From the NCBI GenBank assembly GCA_034669905.1, contig JAXMOL010000027.1:1-64000 (forward strand): a stretch of DNA of 64,000 bases, read 5' to 3'. The first letter of the stretch is position 1. Every line of letters starts with the position of its first letter. A program made the translations under genes and the position numbers. The notes beneath the pieces were generated by a model. It searched no databases. It worked only from the letters and a program-made list of their open reading frames with translations, and was not told where the DNA came from. This stretch comes from Candidatus Hydrogenedentota bacterium. GTDB lineage: Bacteria > Hydrogenedentota > Hydrogenedentia > Hydrogenedentales > JAEUWI01. This document shows positions 48,347-58,635 of this stretch, in pieces.

Positions 48347-49528
48347 ATGTTACCCACGATGATTTTGTTGGCGGCGATGGGCACGTTGCCCGGTGAGCCC
48401 TTGTTGGCGGCGGTGGGGGCGGAGCATGTGAAGGTCTATTATGAGCCGGGGCGTTTTGGGGGATGGCCGGCGAATTATGGGATGTGGAATTGGGAGGACG
48501 AAATCCTGGTGGCCTATAGCAAGGGCTGGGATAAGGATCTGGGGGCGACGGCGCACCATATTGATCGGGAGAAACCGGAGGAGTTCTGGTTTGCACGGAG
48601 TCTGGATGGGGGGAAGACGTGGACCCATGAGCATCCGGCGGCGGAGCAGGGGCAGATGATTCCCCGGGGGGTGGCCCTCCATGGGACGGAGACGCCAGGC
48701 CTGGCGCTGCCGGAGATTGTGGACCAGACGGAGCCCATGGATTTCAGTCACCCGGATTTTTGTCTGACCTTCCGCATGGACAATTATCACGGCGGCACGT
48801 CGCGCTATGAGTATTCCTATGATCGGGGGAAGACGTGGACGGGGCCCTTTGCCTTGCCGAATTTTGGGACGGCGGGTACGGCGGCGCGTACGGATTACAT
48901 CATCAATGGCAAGCACGATATGTATATCTTCATCACGGTGGCGAAGGAGAACAAGCGGGAGGGCCGTCCCATGGTGGCCCGCACGCAGGATGGGGGGGTG
49001 ACGTGGGATTTCGTTTCGTGGATCGGGCCCGAGCCGGCGGGCTTCGCCATCATGCCGTCGACGGTGCGCCTTTCAAGTCGGGAGTTCCTGACGACCTTAC
49101 GCTGTCGGGAGGGGACCTTCCGGTGGATGGAGCAGTGGCGTAGTGTGGATGGTGCGAAGACGTGGACGAAGGAGGCGAACCCGGTGGATTATATGGGGGA
49201 GGGGAATCCACCCATGTTGAACCAGCTGCCCAATGGCTACCTGTGTCTGACCTATGGCTTCCGGGCCTACCCCTTCAGCATCCGCGCGCGCCTGAGCACC
49301 GACTCGGGGGCGACGTGGGGTCCGGAGATTATCCTGCGCAATGATGGCATCGATCGGGATATTGGCTACGTGCGGAGCATTGTGCGCCCGGACGGCAAGG
49401 TGGTGACGACCTATTACATCAGCGATGAGAAGACCGGTCCGGAGCGGTACATTGGTGCGACCATCTGGGACCCGATGAATGTGGCGGAAATCACGAGCGG
49501 TGAGGTGGAGCGGCAACTGGGCTTTTAA
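48347..49528 (+). CDS. Secreted BNR/Asp-box sialidase-family protein
   Basis: Asp boxes SLDGGKTW, SYDRGKTW, TQDGGVTW, SVDGAKTW, STDSGATW; DIGY; signal peptide. Confidence 0.85.
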   Translation: MLPTMILLAAMGTLPGEPLLAAVGAEHVKVYYEPGRFGGWPANYGMWNWEDEILVAYSKGWDKDLGATAHHIDREKPEEFWFARSLDGGKTWTHEHPAAEQGQMIPRGVALHGTETPGLALPEIVDQTEPMDFSHPDFCLTFRMDNYHGGTSRYEYSYDRGKTWTGPFALPNFGTAGTAARTDYIINGKHDMYIFITVAKENKREGRPMVARTQDGGVTWDFVSWIGPEPAGFAIMPSTVRLSSREFLTTLRCREGTFRWMEQWRSVDGAKTWTKEANPVDYMGEGNPPMLNQLPNGYLCLTYGFRAYPFSIRARLSTDSGATWGPEIILRNDGIDRDIGYVRSIVRPDGKVVTTYYISDEKTGPERYIGATIWDPMNVAEITSGEVERQLGF

Positions 49529-49608
49529 CCGTCATCTCTCGGGTGCAGGTCCGCCGTGGCGAAGAGTCGGAGCTCCGGATGGGCGGCCCAATAACCGGAT
49601 GAAACTCA

Positions 49609-49637
49609 CTGGATTCCCGCCTTCGCGGGAATGACGG
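49609..49637. repeat. Short palindromic REP element (ATTCCC-N8-GGGAAT type)
   Basis: CTGGATTCCCGCCTTCGCGGGAATGACGG between convergent genes. Confidence 0.7.
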
Positions 49638-49673
49638 TGGGTCGTTCCGTTGTACAGGTCTTCAGAGACCACG

Positions 49674-50234
49674 TTACACGGGGGGCTTGAACTCTTGCCG
49701 AGGGGGCTCGACGCCGGGCTTGAGGGGGAGAAACATGACGCGCTCGTGGACGATACGTCCGTCGCCGGCCACGTTTTCCGTGTCGCCCGTGTGGAGGAAA
49801 CCCATCTTCTGGTAAAGGGCAAAGGCCCGTTCGTTTTCCGGCACGCTCGTAAGGACGATGCCGTCTCGGCCTTCCGCTTCGGCGGTATCAATGAGGTGTT
49901 GCATCAGCGGTTCGCCGAGTCCTTCGCCCTGCCAGGCATCGGTGATGCCAATGCCGAGCACGGGAACGGGATCGCCCATGTTCCACAGGAAGGCATAGCC
50001 GATGATGCTGTCGTTGTTCAACAGGACCACGACGTAGTCGGTGCCATCTTCCGCACGGCCGAGGATGTGTTTAATGGTGTCATCGTCGTAGGCATGGGGA
50101 AGGAAGCGATTGCGGGTCGTTTCGGACAGTCCGGCGTTGAAGGCCTGGAGGGCGGGGCCGTCGGAGCAAGCGATATAACGAAAAGCGACTTCATGATTGT
50201 CTCGGGTACGGAGCGGACGTGGTGGCATGGGCAT
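49674..50234 (-). CDS. GNAT family N-acetyltransferase
   Basis: IIGYAFL, WQGEGLG acetyl-CoA loop, NERAFALYQKMGF. Confidence 0.9.
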   Translation of the reverse strand: MPMPPRPLRTRDNHEVAFRYIACSDGPALQAFNAGLSETTRNRFLPHAYDDDTIKHILGRAEDGTDYVVVLLNNDSIIGYAFLWNMGDPVPVLGIGITDAWQGEGLGEPLMQHLIDTAEAEGRDGIVLTSVPENERAFALYQKMGFLHTGDTENVAGDGRIVHERVMFLPLKPGVEPPRQEFKPPV

Positions 50235-50358
50235 CCTGAACGGTTGATGAACTACAGTGATCAGTGGTGTTTAATTTCTTCTCCTTAGATTGTACCTGAT
50301 GGCGGCAGGAGATTTCGTCGTGCGGTATTTTGCGTGCAGGCTCCGGCGCGGCATGGCG

Positions 50359-50392
50359 AAAAAAACGCCCGGCGCGTGGGGTGCGCCGGGCG
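50359..50392 (-). terminator. Terminator for the Clp ATPase gene
   Basis: CGCCCGGCGC/GCGCCGGGCG stem next to an A7 tract. Confidence 0.8.
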
Positions 50393-50416
50393 GTGTGTTT
50401 CGGGGTGACGTGATAC

Positions 50417-52996
50417 TTAGCCGATGTTGTCTACCTTGAGAATGCAGGGGTCACCTTTCCCAATGTGGAGCAATTGTTCGGAGACCGCGTCTTCGATGTT
50501 CTCCACGAAGAGGGTGCGCAATGGCCGGGCCCCCAGGAGGGTGTCGAAGCCATTTTCCACGAGGTAGTCGCAGCACTGCTTACTGAGGGTGATGGAAACT
50601 TCGGGCTCGCTGGCCTCGGGATTCTTGCACACCACGGTGCGCACCCCGTCTTCCGCTTCGCTGACGTCAAACCACGTGTTGCACTCCTGGCGGTCGGGCG
50701 GAAGGATGATTTTCCGGGCCATGGCCACCCGTTCACAGAGATCGCGCATGAGCTTGTTGAGGATGTTGGATTGTTCCGCCATTCCCAGGGGGCCAAAGAC
50801 CAGCGGGCGTCCCATGCGGCCGAAGAGTTCGGGGGGCAGGCCCGGTACGGCGAGCATGGCCTGCTTGACGATTTCTTCCGCCGAGGGCACGTCATCCGGG
50901 TCGGCTTCACCGGCCGCCACATCCAACAGGCGATTGGCTTCGTCCTGCAAGATGGCAAAGGTCTGAGGCGTCAGGTTGGGCGTGGTGGACGCGATTTCCT
51001 GGAGGATGGCTTTCACGGCCTGATTCTGTAACTCGGGTTCGGCCTCGGGATTGGCCTCCAGCCATCCGGTAATCCGGTGGCGCAATTCACCCAGCTGTCC
51101 GAGGATAGCCGCACCCACGTTGGTCGTGATGATGATCACCGTATTCTGGAAATCGATGTTCCGTCCCATCGAGTCAGTCAGGCGGGCTTCGTCGAAGAGT
51201 TGGAGGAAGATACGCCAGATATTGGGGTGGGCCTTCTCAAACTCATCGAGGAGCACCAGCGAATAGGGCTTGCGGCGCACCGCTTCGGTGAGCATGCCGC
51301 CTTCTTCCGCGCCCTGATAGCCCCGGTCTGAACCGATGAGCCGGTTCCGCGCCGTCTCCGTGCCATATTCCGAAAGGTCCACGCGGATGAGGGCTTCTTC
51401 GCTGCCATACCAGTCGGCCGCGAGGGCCTTGGCCAACTCGGTTTTACCGACGCCGGAAGGTCCGGCAAAGAGGAAGACCGCCTGGGGCTGCTTGGGCGGG
51501 GTAAGGCCGACAAAGGCGCGCTTCATGGTCTTGACCACCGCCTTGATGGGATCGGGCTGGCCAAAGACCCGACTCGACAGGTTTTTGTTCAGGTCGAGGA
51601 GTTTGTGGCGTTGATCTTCCGACATGTTTTCGATGGGGATATTGGTCCGTTCCGATACCGCCTGGGCCACGTGCTTGCCATCCACCGGGGGCAGGTAGCC
51701 TTCCGGGTGATCGGCAGTGACGTGGTTCAAGGTGACCATGGCACCCGCTTCATCGAGGATGCCCAATTCACGGGCAGGGGAGCGCACTTCACCGATGTAG
51801 CGCCGGGCCAGGGTGTTCACCCGATTGAGGGCGTCTTCCGTGTAATCTACGGCGTGGTGTTTGCCATAGACCGGGCGGACGCGCTTGAGGATGTCGGCCA
51901 CTTCCGCGGGGCTTTGTTCTGGCACGATGACGGGGCTGAAGCGCCGTTTCATGGCACCATCTTTTTCGATGACGCGGAATTCGGCAAAGGTGGTGGCGCC
52001 GACGCACCAGAGTTCGCCCCGGGCGAGGGCCGGCTTCATGAGGTTGGCGGCATCCATACCGCCACTTTCACCCGTTTCGCCCAGCCCGATGAGCTGGTGG
52101 ATTTCGTCGATAAAGAGAATGACGCTGCCCTTGGCGGCCTGGAGTTCGCGGAGCACGGCGGTGAGGCGCTGTTCGAATTCACCGCGGTACTTGGAGCCGG
52201 CCATGATCAGGCCGAGATCCAGGCTGATGATTTTCTTGCCTTTGAGTCGTTCGGGCACCCGGTCTTTGACGATGTTGATGGCCAGGCCTTCGATAATCTT
52301 GGTCTTACCCACCCCCGCTTCACCCAGGAGGACCGGGTTGTTCGCTTCCTTCTTCAGCAAGATGCTGGAGATGCGGCGAATCTCGTCGGCGCGGCCAATC
52401 ACTTCTTCCAGGCCACCGGCCGCGGCTTTTTCGGTGAGGTCAATGCCGTAGGTTTTCAGGGCTTCAATGGACGATGCCGTGGCCGTTTTGCGGCTTACGG
52501 CACCCACGGGGATTTTTCGGTCGCCATCCAGAATGGAGCTGGTAAGGCCGAAATCCGATGCCAGGAAAGAATCCATCGCGTGGGTGCGGTAGTCAATGAT
52601 ACCGGCGAGGAGATCGTCCCACTCAATCTGGTCTTTTTTCTTGGCGGCCACCGTCTCAATGACCCGCTCCAGATTGTGGCCGGTTTTTTTCGGACGGTTA
52701 TCGAGGATGCTGCAAAGCTGATTCAACTCATCGGAATACTGGCCCTTGGCGACTTTTTGCTTGGGCAGATTGCTGATGAACTGGTGGTTGAGGGCCACAC
52801 GAAACTCACCAAAGGAACGGCGATCCTTGCCATCTTCCCCTTCGAAGAGGCGGCGAAGAGAGCTTTTTTCACGGTCCATGGCGTCGACCCACAGCAGGTG
52901 CTGGAAATCGATGGGGCCCAATCCGAGGGCGCGGGCTTTGTCGAAGCGCTCCTCTCGGGTAAATCTGTCGAAACGGTCTTCATTTACTTCGGGCAT
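50417..52996 (-). CDS. Divergent class I Clp/Hsp100 AAA+ ATPase
   Basis: Two AAA modules: GEAGVGKT/LFIDE and GPSGVGKT/LLDEFEK; KYRGEFE; GARPLR; degenerate Clp-N repeats. Confidence 0.9.
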   Translation of the reverse strand: MPEVNEDRFDRFTREERFDKARALGLGPIDFQHLLWVDAMDREKSSLRRLFEGEDGKDRRSFGEFRVALNHQFISNLPKQKVAKGQYSDELNQLCSILDNRPKKTGHNLERVIETVAAKKKDQIEWDDLLAGIIDYRTHAMDSFLASDFGLTSSILDGDRKIPVGAVSRKTATASSIEALKTYGIDLTEKAAAGGLEEVIGRADEIRRISSILLKKEANNPVLLGEAGVGKTKIIEGLAINIVKDRVPERLKGKKIISLDLGLIMAGSKYRGEFEQRLTAVLRELQAAKGSVILFIDEIHQLIGLGETGESGGMDAANLMKPALARGELWCVGATTFAEFRVIEKDGAMKRRFSPVIVPEQSPAEVADILKRVRPVYGKHHAVDYTEDALNRVNTLARRYIGEVRSPARELGILDEAGAMVTLNHVTADHPEGYLPPVDGKHVAQAVSERTNIPIENMSEDQRHKLLDLNKNLSSRVFGQPDPIKAVVKTMKRAFVGLTPPKQPQAVFLFAGPSGVGKTELAKALAADWYGSEEALIRVDLSEYGTETARNRLIGSDRGYQGAEEGGMLTEAVRRKPYSLVLLDEFEKAHPNIWRIFLQLFDEARLTDSMGRNIDFQNTVIIITTNVGAAILGQLGELRHRITGWLEANPEAEPELQNQAVKAILQEIASTTPNLTPQTFAILQDEANRLLDVAAGEADPDDVPSAEEIVKQAMLAVPGLPPELFGRMGRPLVFGPLGMAEQSNILNKLMRDLCERVAMARKIILPPDRQECNTWFDVSEAEDGVRTVVCKNPEASEPEVSITLSKQCCDYLVENGFDTLLGARPLRTLFVENIEDAVSEQLLHIGKGDPCILKVDNIG

Positions 52997-53250
52997 GACG
53001 CGAAGCTCCCTGTACGGTTCAAAAAAATTGCTGTTCCCATGGCGGTGCTGTGGGTGTGATTCTCAGTTTTTACAGCACCGGTCAATAGACTAAGTAATTG
53101 GGCCGGGAAAAGCAACCTGTTTTTGTCGAGCAGGGAGCGCCGGAGTGGCAATGATACTGAGTTTGCCGACACGTTTGGCGCTTCGGGAACGTAATACCCG
53201 AAAAATTGCGCCTTCCACGCGTCGGGCATTTCGCTGGATGACCGATAGTG

Positions 53251-55968
53251 TTACTTACCCAACGCGGCGTTCATCTCCACGATCATGCGGGCGATGTCCT
53301 GTCGTTTCTTGAGCAGTACCTGGGGGTCCCGGGTGAAATCCACGAGACTGGGGATGACTTCGCCCAGGTTGTAGACCTTGGCGGCCCGCTCGAGGAGGGC
53401 TTCGTGTCCGGGCGTCTCGAGGAGTTTCCGACGGCGATCATTGAAGATGGCCAGGTAGTCATAGTCTTCGATGCCGTCCCGGATGTTTTCCCAGCGGATG
53501 GAGTTGACCGGACCGTTCTTGTCGGTGTAGAGGAGTAGCCCATCACCGTTTACGGGGGTCACATCCAAGAGGCTCTGCCAGGGATTAATTCCATTGGGGG
53601 GCGTGTTGATGCTCCAGTAGTACATGCCCCGAACCCCAAGCGCCCAGGTCTGCCAGAAGAGGATGCGGTGCTCGATGGATTCGAAGTCGACGAAGAAGTT
53701 GCCATAGGGCCGGGGGGGCGTCTGATCCACATACCACCAGACTTCTTTTCCGGAGTGAATCCGTTCCAGAATCTGGGCGTTGTTGGCCGTGTCGAACAGG
53801 GGGGCATGGACCGCCCACCGGTCCAGTCCATCGGGCAGAAAGGGGTCGAGGCCATAGGTCGTCACCATGATGGGGATATCCGGTGCGGCGTCTTTCCACT
53901 GCTGCATCCCTTCCATGAGGCGCGGCCAGGCGGGTCGTGCTGGCTCGTTGGAAACGTGGGAAAACACGCGGTCCTGGAGCTTGTGTTTCACCACAAAGGC
54001 GTTCGCTTCGGCCAGGTTGTTGGGATAGGCCACGAGAGACGGCGGCACGTTGATGGTGGTCGTACCGGCGGGGTCCGCCTTGTCGAGCGCGGCCTTGAAT
54101 TCGTCCAGTGCCCGCCCAAAGTTGGCCTGTTCCGCCGGGAAGTTGAGGGCACCACGGAGGGTGATACGGTGTTCCGCCGCGTTTTTCATGAAACGGGCCG
54201 TGAGGGCGCTGTCACTCAGGGTTCCGCCGGTCTGTTGGTGCTGCTTGCGGGCTTCTTCCAGATCAAAGACGAAGTCGGTCTTGAGCATGGGGCGTTGTGG
54301 CAGCTTGAAGCCGAAGACTTCTACTTCCAGGAACACCTCCACCGGGGGCAGGCCGACCCCCTGGATCTCTACGAGACCGCTGTAGGTCCCTGGTTTGGCG
54401 CTGGCGGGCACGTCCACGGTGAACCAGACGGGAGCCGTCTGCCCACCGGTCACGTCGAAGGGCTTGAGCGGGAGCAGGGCATCGGGCCAGGAGCCCGTGG
54501 GGCCTTCAAAGTGGCTTGAGATAGCGACACGATGAAAGTGGGGGGTATAGATATGAATGGCTTCCGCGGAAATACGTTCTCCACCCGTCGCACGCAAGTC
54601 GTTGGCGACCAGGTGGACGTCGCGCAGGTTCTTGCCCTTGGGGGGCCGGATGGCGATCTGGAAGGATTCGGATTCCCCCTGGGCGGCGGCAATGGCAATG
54701 GTGGGGTCGGTCTTGTCCGTGGGGCTGAGTTGATCCTGAGCCAGGATCTTGTGGAGGGAGGTCTCTGCCCAGAGATTCGTCTCGCCACTGCTTAAGCGGG
54801 GGCGCTTAACCGTGCGGGGTTGCTGATCCAGGGCATGGGGGGCATCGGTCCAGGCCGGGAAGCTTTTTCGGGCGGGATTGCCCACGATGAACTGGGTGTC
54901 GATGCCGCCGTGGGGCGAACTGGTTTCCGTGCCCAGACGGACCACCTTGCCGCGTTGGGTAATCTGCGCGAGGATTTCATAGGCACCGGGGCCCGGGGCT
55001 TTCCAATTGAAGGTGCATCGGGCCAGGCGATTGGGGGCCAGGCTGAACTTCTTTTGAGGCAGCGCCCAGGTCTCGCCATCGGCGGCCTTGACGTGGGCGT
55101 TGATCTGGAGATCGGGCATATCCTTGATGGGGGAGAAAAGAATGGTCAACGTGCCGTTTTCATAATCGATCTGGGCAGCGAACTCTTCCGTCGCAAAATC
55201 CACATGTTTGAGGCCGCGCACGATGTTGAGACGGTACTGGGTTTCCCACTTGGCGCCCGGTTCCAGCAGAAAGGGAACGAAGGCGGTCTGGATGCCCATG
55301 CGTGCCCGGGGGCTGTCTTCCGTCGCGGCCTGATAGGGTTCTGTGAGGAAGGCATAGGTGTGGTTGGCGTCAAAGACGGCGTAGAGACTTTCCTGCTCAA
55401 TAGGGTCGGTAAAGGCGAACCAGTTTCGTGCGGCGGGGTGGTAGGCCTTCTGGGTGGGCTGCAAGATGCCCCCGGTGGTGGGGACGTCCAATCGGTCCCG
55501 CTCCGACACCGAGCCACCGGGGGTCACATCATTGCGGACCCAGGGGGTGACCCATTGCCGCTCGTCGCCCCCGTTCGTGACGGTCCACGTAACGCGTACG
55601 GAGGCTTCGTCCGGGAGTAACTCGAGTTTCCGAACGACTTTCAGTCCACGAATGTTGGGCCCGTCGCAGTCATAGCTATACTGGATAACGGGGCGGTCGG
55701 AAATGCTGTCCAGGGCTTCCATTTTTTCGTTCAGGCGTCGGTTGGGCACATAGAAGTTCCCCACACCAAAGCCTTCCTGGAGGAGGCCGTCATCGCCTGC
55801 GAAGCTGGTGGGGGTGGCGAGCAAGCCGAAGGTGTGGAGCATGCCGCCCTCATTGGGGTGCATACCCAATTCGATGAGATGGCCCTTAATCTCGATTTCT
55901 TCGTTAATGACTGCCGCAGTCGAGATGAGGGGAAGGAGGAAAACGGTAAGATAAAAAAGGACGCGCAT
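53251..55968 (-). CDS. Secreted DUF4091-domain glycoside hydrolase-like protein (GH123-like C-terminal half)
   Basis: GESESFQI, WPDALLP, VWFTVDVP, NEP, WWY, GDGLLLY, SIRWENIRDGIEDYDYL. Confidence 0.8.
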   Translation of the reverse strand: MRVLFYLTVFLLPLISTAAVINEEIEIKGHLIELGMHPNEGGMLHTFGLLATPTSFAGDDGLLQEGFGVGNFYVPNRRLNEKMEALDSISDRPVIQYSYDCDGPNIRGLKVVRKLELLPDEASVRVTWTVTNGGDERQWVTPWVRNDVTPGGSVSERDRLDVPTTGGILQPTQKAYHPAARNWFAFTDPIEQESLYAVFDANHTYAFLTEPYQAATEDSPRARMGIQTAFVPFLLEPGAKWETQYRLNIVRGLKHVDFATEEFAAQIDYENGTLTILFSPIKDMPDLQINAHVKAADGETWALPQKKFSLAPNRLARCTFNWKAPGPGAYEILAQITQRGKVVRLGTETSSPHGGIDTQFIVGNPARKSFPAWTDAPHALDQQPRTVKRPRLSSGETNLWAETSLHKILAQDQLSPTDKTDPTIAIAAAQGESESFQIAIRPPKGKNLRDVHLVANDLRATGGERISAEAIHIYTPHFHRVAISSHFEGPTGSWPDALLPLKPFDVTGGQTAPVWFTVDVPASAKPGTYSGLVEIQGVGLPPVEVFLEVEVFGFKLPQRPMLKTDFVFDLEEARKQHQQTGGTLSDSALTARFMKNAAEHRITLRGALNFPAEQANFGRALDEFKAALDKADPAGTTTINVPPSLVAYPNNLAEANAFVVKHKLQDRVFSHVSNEPARPAWPRLMEGMQQWKDAAPDIPIMVTTYGLDPFLPDGLDRWAVHAPLFDTANNAQILERIHSGKEVWWYVDQTPPRPYGNFFVDFESIEHRILFWQTWALGVRGMYYWSINTPPNGINPWQSLLDVTPVNGDGLLLYTDKNGPVNSIRWENIRDGIEDYDYLAIFNDRRRKLLETPGHEALLERAAKVYNLGEVIPSLVDFTRDPQVLLKKRQDIARMIVEMNAALGK

Positions 55969-56032
55969 GATGTGCCTTTGGTTAATGGGGGTAAATCAGG
56001 ACAAGCCGTCTATTGTAATGGGCAGGGAGGGC

Positions 56033-58243
56033 CTATTGCACCTTGTGACTGCCGGGCTCCCGAGTGGGGGACTGGCGCCGGTTTCGATACAGCAGTCCGC
56101 ACCAGATGCCGAAAGTGAGCAGAAGGCCCATTGCGCTTATCGCGCGACCCCACTGGAAGCTCCGGGGGGTGAATTCGAAGCGCACTTCGTGCTCGCCAGT
56201 GGGGACAATGCAGCCCATAAAGTCGCCATTAACCCGCAGGAGCTCGCGCCGGGTACCGTCGATATGGACTTGCCATCCGGGGTGGAAGCGCTGGGCGAAG
56301 ACCAACAGTTGGTCATTGGGGGTCACGGCGTCCCAGACGACATGGCCAGGCTCATTTCTTGTCCACGTAAGCGTTCCGGGGGTGGCCTCCAGTAAATCGA
56401 TGGGCTTCATCACCAGGGCGGTCGTGGCCACGTCGATGCCTTCGATATCTTCCCGGGGGGTGTCGGACAACGCCGTACGGGTCACCAGTCGGGCCATGGG
56501 AAGCGCATCTTCATGAAGGGTCCAGTTTCTTGCACCGAGGGGTTGTTTTTCCCAGCGAACGCCCGCGAGCCGTTTGGTCACTTCGGCGTCCGGGTCAAGG
56601 ACCCATGCCGGGGGCAGGCCCACATAGCCCATATAGCTGGAGAGGCCGAGTTGGCTCAGTCGGGCTACGCGCCAGTTTCCGTGGGCACGGTATTCCCCGT
56701 CAAAGGCCTGAAATGCCGGGTCGTCGGGGAGTTCTTGCGCCAGGGAAGTTTGCAGCGCGTCGTAGGGAGAAGATTGGGGTTGGTGTTGCCAGACGAAGGG
56801 CATGGCGTAGAAGGCGGCATCGAGGGTTGCGAAAAGGATGAGAGCCGCGATGACGGTCTGGCGGGCGCGGGGTGCCAGGGCCACCAGCACGATGGCCAGG
56901 GTGATGAGGGTTGGTCCCACCAGGAGCCGTCCCCAGTGGGTCGTAAAAGCGTCGGAGAGTTCCGCCGTTCCCAGTCCGCGCAGGGACAAAACGAGTAGCA
57001 GGGATGCCCAGGCCGCGACGCCGATGGCCCACCACCGTCCGCGATTCGTGTGGGAAGCGTCTGTCCCACGGGCCATGCGGGCCAACGCGAAGGCACTGAT
57101 GAGGGCCACGGCAAACTGAAATAAGACCAGGTGCCGCGCGGGACACCGGAATGCGCCCAGCACAGGGATCATGGCGATGAAACGATAAAGTCCGCCATAG
57201 TATCCCAACGCGAGAACCGGTGTGAGAACAAGGAGCGCGAGGCCATAGCGCCGGAGTCGTCGAGGGAATTCGGAAGACGGGGATGTCCCGAGCAGCCATA
57301 GCGTGAGGACCATGGGAACGGCACCGACGTAGACCACATATTCCCAGGGGGGCGTGCCGTGGGCAATACCGTTGGCGAACCAGTAGGGACTTACCCATTG
57401 GAGAAGGTTCAAGGGATGGAGGGAGCCTTCTTTCCAGAAATCGGCCTCGCCACTCCGTTGGGCATAGTCCAGCAGATCAAAGGTCGGCAGTACCTGAACG
57501 GACGCGATGCAAAGTCCCAGCGCCAGGGCGGAGGTGAGGGCGGCCAATCGCCGCACCGGTTGGTCGAAGGGCCGCTGACAGAGGATGTAGAGGCCTACGG
57601 CGAGGAGGGTAAACAACACATACTGGGGGTAGCCAGAGAGCAACTGGGAGGCGGTGAGGAGGCAGAGGCCCAGCCACGCACGACGAAATGCGACTGCCTG
57701 GGGCGAGCTCAAAAGGAGGTGGACGGTCAGGAGCACCCAGGGAAGGTGGCTGATGACGGTGACAGCCTGGATATGGGTGTAGTGATAGAGGAGGAATCCG
57801 GAGAAGGTAAAGAGGTTGGCCCCGAAGAGGGCGGCGAACAGGGGAAGCCGATAGTGGCGCAAGAGGGCCACCATACCCGCATAGAGAAAGACATAGCTCG
57901 CCATAAACTCGACGTTGAAGGCCAGCGGCAAGGGAAGAACCCGATAGAGGCCCCATTGGAGGGGATGGAAGAATGCGCCCTGACCTTCGGCATGGAGGTA
58001 ATAGCCGCAGAATTGCTGGGGCCACCAGAGGAAGGAGTAGCCGTTTTCCAGGCAGTAGCTGTAGAAACTTCGATAGGGGAATTGCTGGGAGCCCAAATCG
58101 CTGCCCTGATAGATATTTCCACGGAGCAGGGGATAGGCCAGGAGGAGGAATAAGAAGAGCCCGCAGCCGCTGGCGATCAGGGTCAGGCAAGGCGATTCAA
58201 TCGGGCGAGGCGTCGAATTTTCATCCGCAGATGGTGCTGGCAT
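56033..58243 (-). CDS. YfhO-family polytopic membrane protein (GT-C glycosyltransferase-like)
   Basis: SDLGSQQFP, LWWP..FCG, FHP, FRCPAR, C-terminal FHPGWQVHIDG...VPTGEHEVRFEF. Confidence 0.85.
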   Translation of the reverse strand: MPAPSADENSTPRPIESPCLTLIASGCGLFLFLLLAYPLLRGNIYQGSDLGSQQFPYRSFYSYCLENGYSFLWWPQQFCGYYLHAEGQGAFFHPLQWGLYRVLPLPLAFNVEFMASYVFLYAGMVALLRHYRLPLFAALFGANLFTFSGFLLYHYTHIQAVTVISHLPWVLLTVHLLLSSPQAVAFRRAWLGLCLLTASQLLSGYPQYVLFTLLAVGLYILCQRPFDQPVRRLAALTSALALGLCIASVQVLPTFDLLDYAQRSGEADFWKEGSLHPLNLLQWVSPYWFANGIAHGTPPWEYVVYVGAVPMVLTLWLLGTSPSSEFPRRLRRYGLALLVLTPVLALGYYGGLYRFIAMIPVLGAFRCPARHLVLFQFAVALISAFALARMARGTDASHTNRGRWWAIGVAAWASLLLVLSLRGLGTAELSDAFTTHWGRLLVGPTLITLAIVLVALAPRARQTVIAALILFATLDAAFYAMPFVWQHQPQSSPYDALQTSLAQELPDDPAFQAFDGEYRAHGNWRVARLSQLGLSSYMGYVGLPPAWVLDPDAEVTKRLAGVRWEKQPLGARNWTLHEDALPMARLVTRTALSDTPREDIEGIDVATTALVMKPIDLLEATPGTLTWTRNEPGHVVWDAVTPNDQLLVFAQRFHPGWQVHIDGTRRELLRVNGDFMGCIVPTGEHEVRFEFTPRSFQWGRAISAMGLLLTFGIWCGLLYRNRRQSPTREPGSHKVQ

Positions 58244-58407
58244 GGCGCGATTATAGGGGAGTGGGGCACAGGGCGCAAACCTGGCATGGGTTGACTGCCG
58301 TCGCAAAAGATGGCTACCATGAACCTCCCTCCGGTGCCGTAGGAGAGCACGGCCCCATCCCTTCGGGGGATATTTTCGTTATTTTCCACAACAACAGGGT
58401 GATTTAT

Positions 58408-58635
58408 ATGGTCGACATGGCGCGTGTCTGGCCCATTCTATGTCAATTTGGCATAGGGGGGCTGCTTTGTATCGTCGGAGTCTGGGCAGGGCTGTCCAGC
58501 GGGTATCTGGATATGAACCTGAAAGATGACCGGCGTCTCATCGCGGTAATCGTTGGTGGCTTCGTCGGCTTGTTGGTCCTGTCGTGTGCCTTTACCTTCT
58601 GGCTGCCCTTTGTCGGTGGAGGAGATGCATCATGA
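58408..58635 (+). CDS. Small two-TM membrane protein, probable partner of the downstream symporter
   Basis: Two hydrophobic helices; ATGA overlap with the SSS gene; upstream TTGACT-N18-TACCAT. Confidence 0.75.
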   Translation: MVDMARVWPILCQFGIGGLLCIVGVWAGLSSGYLDMNLKDDRRLIAVIVGGFVGLLVLSCAFTFWLPFVGGGDAS

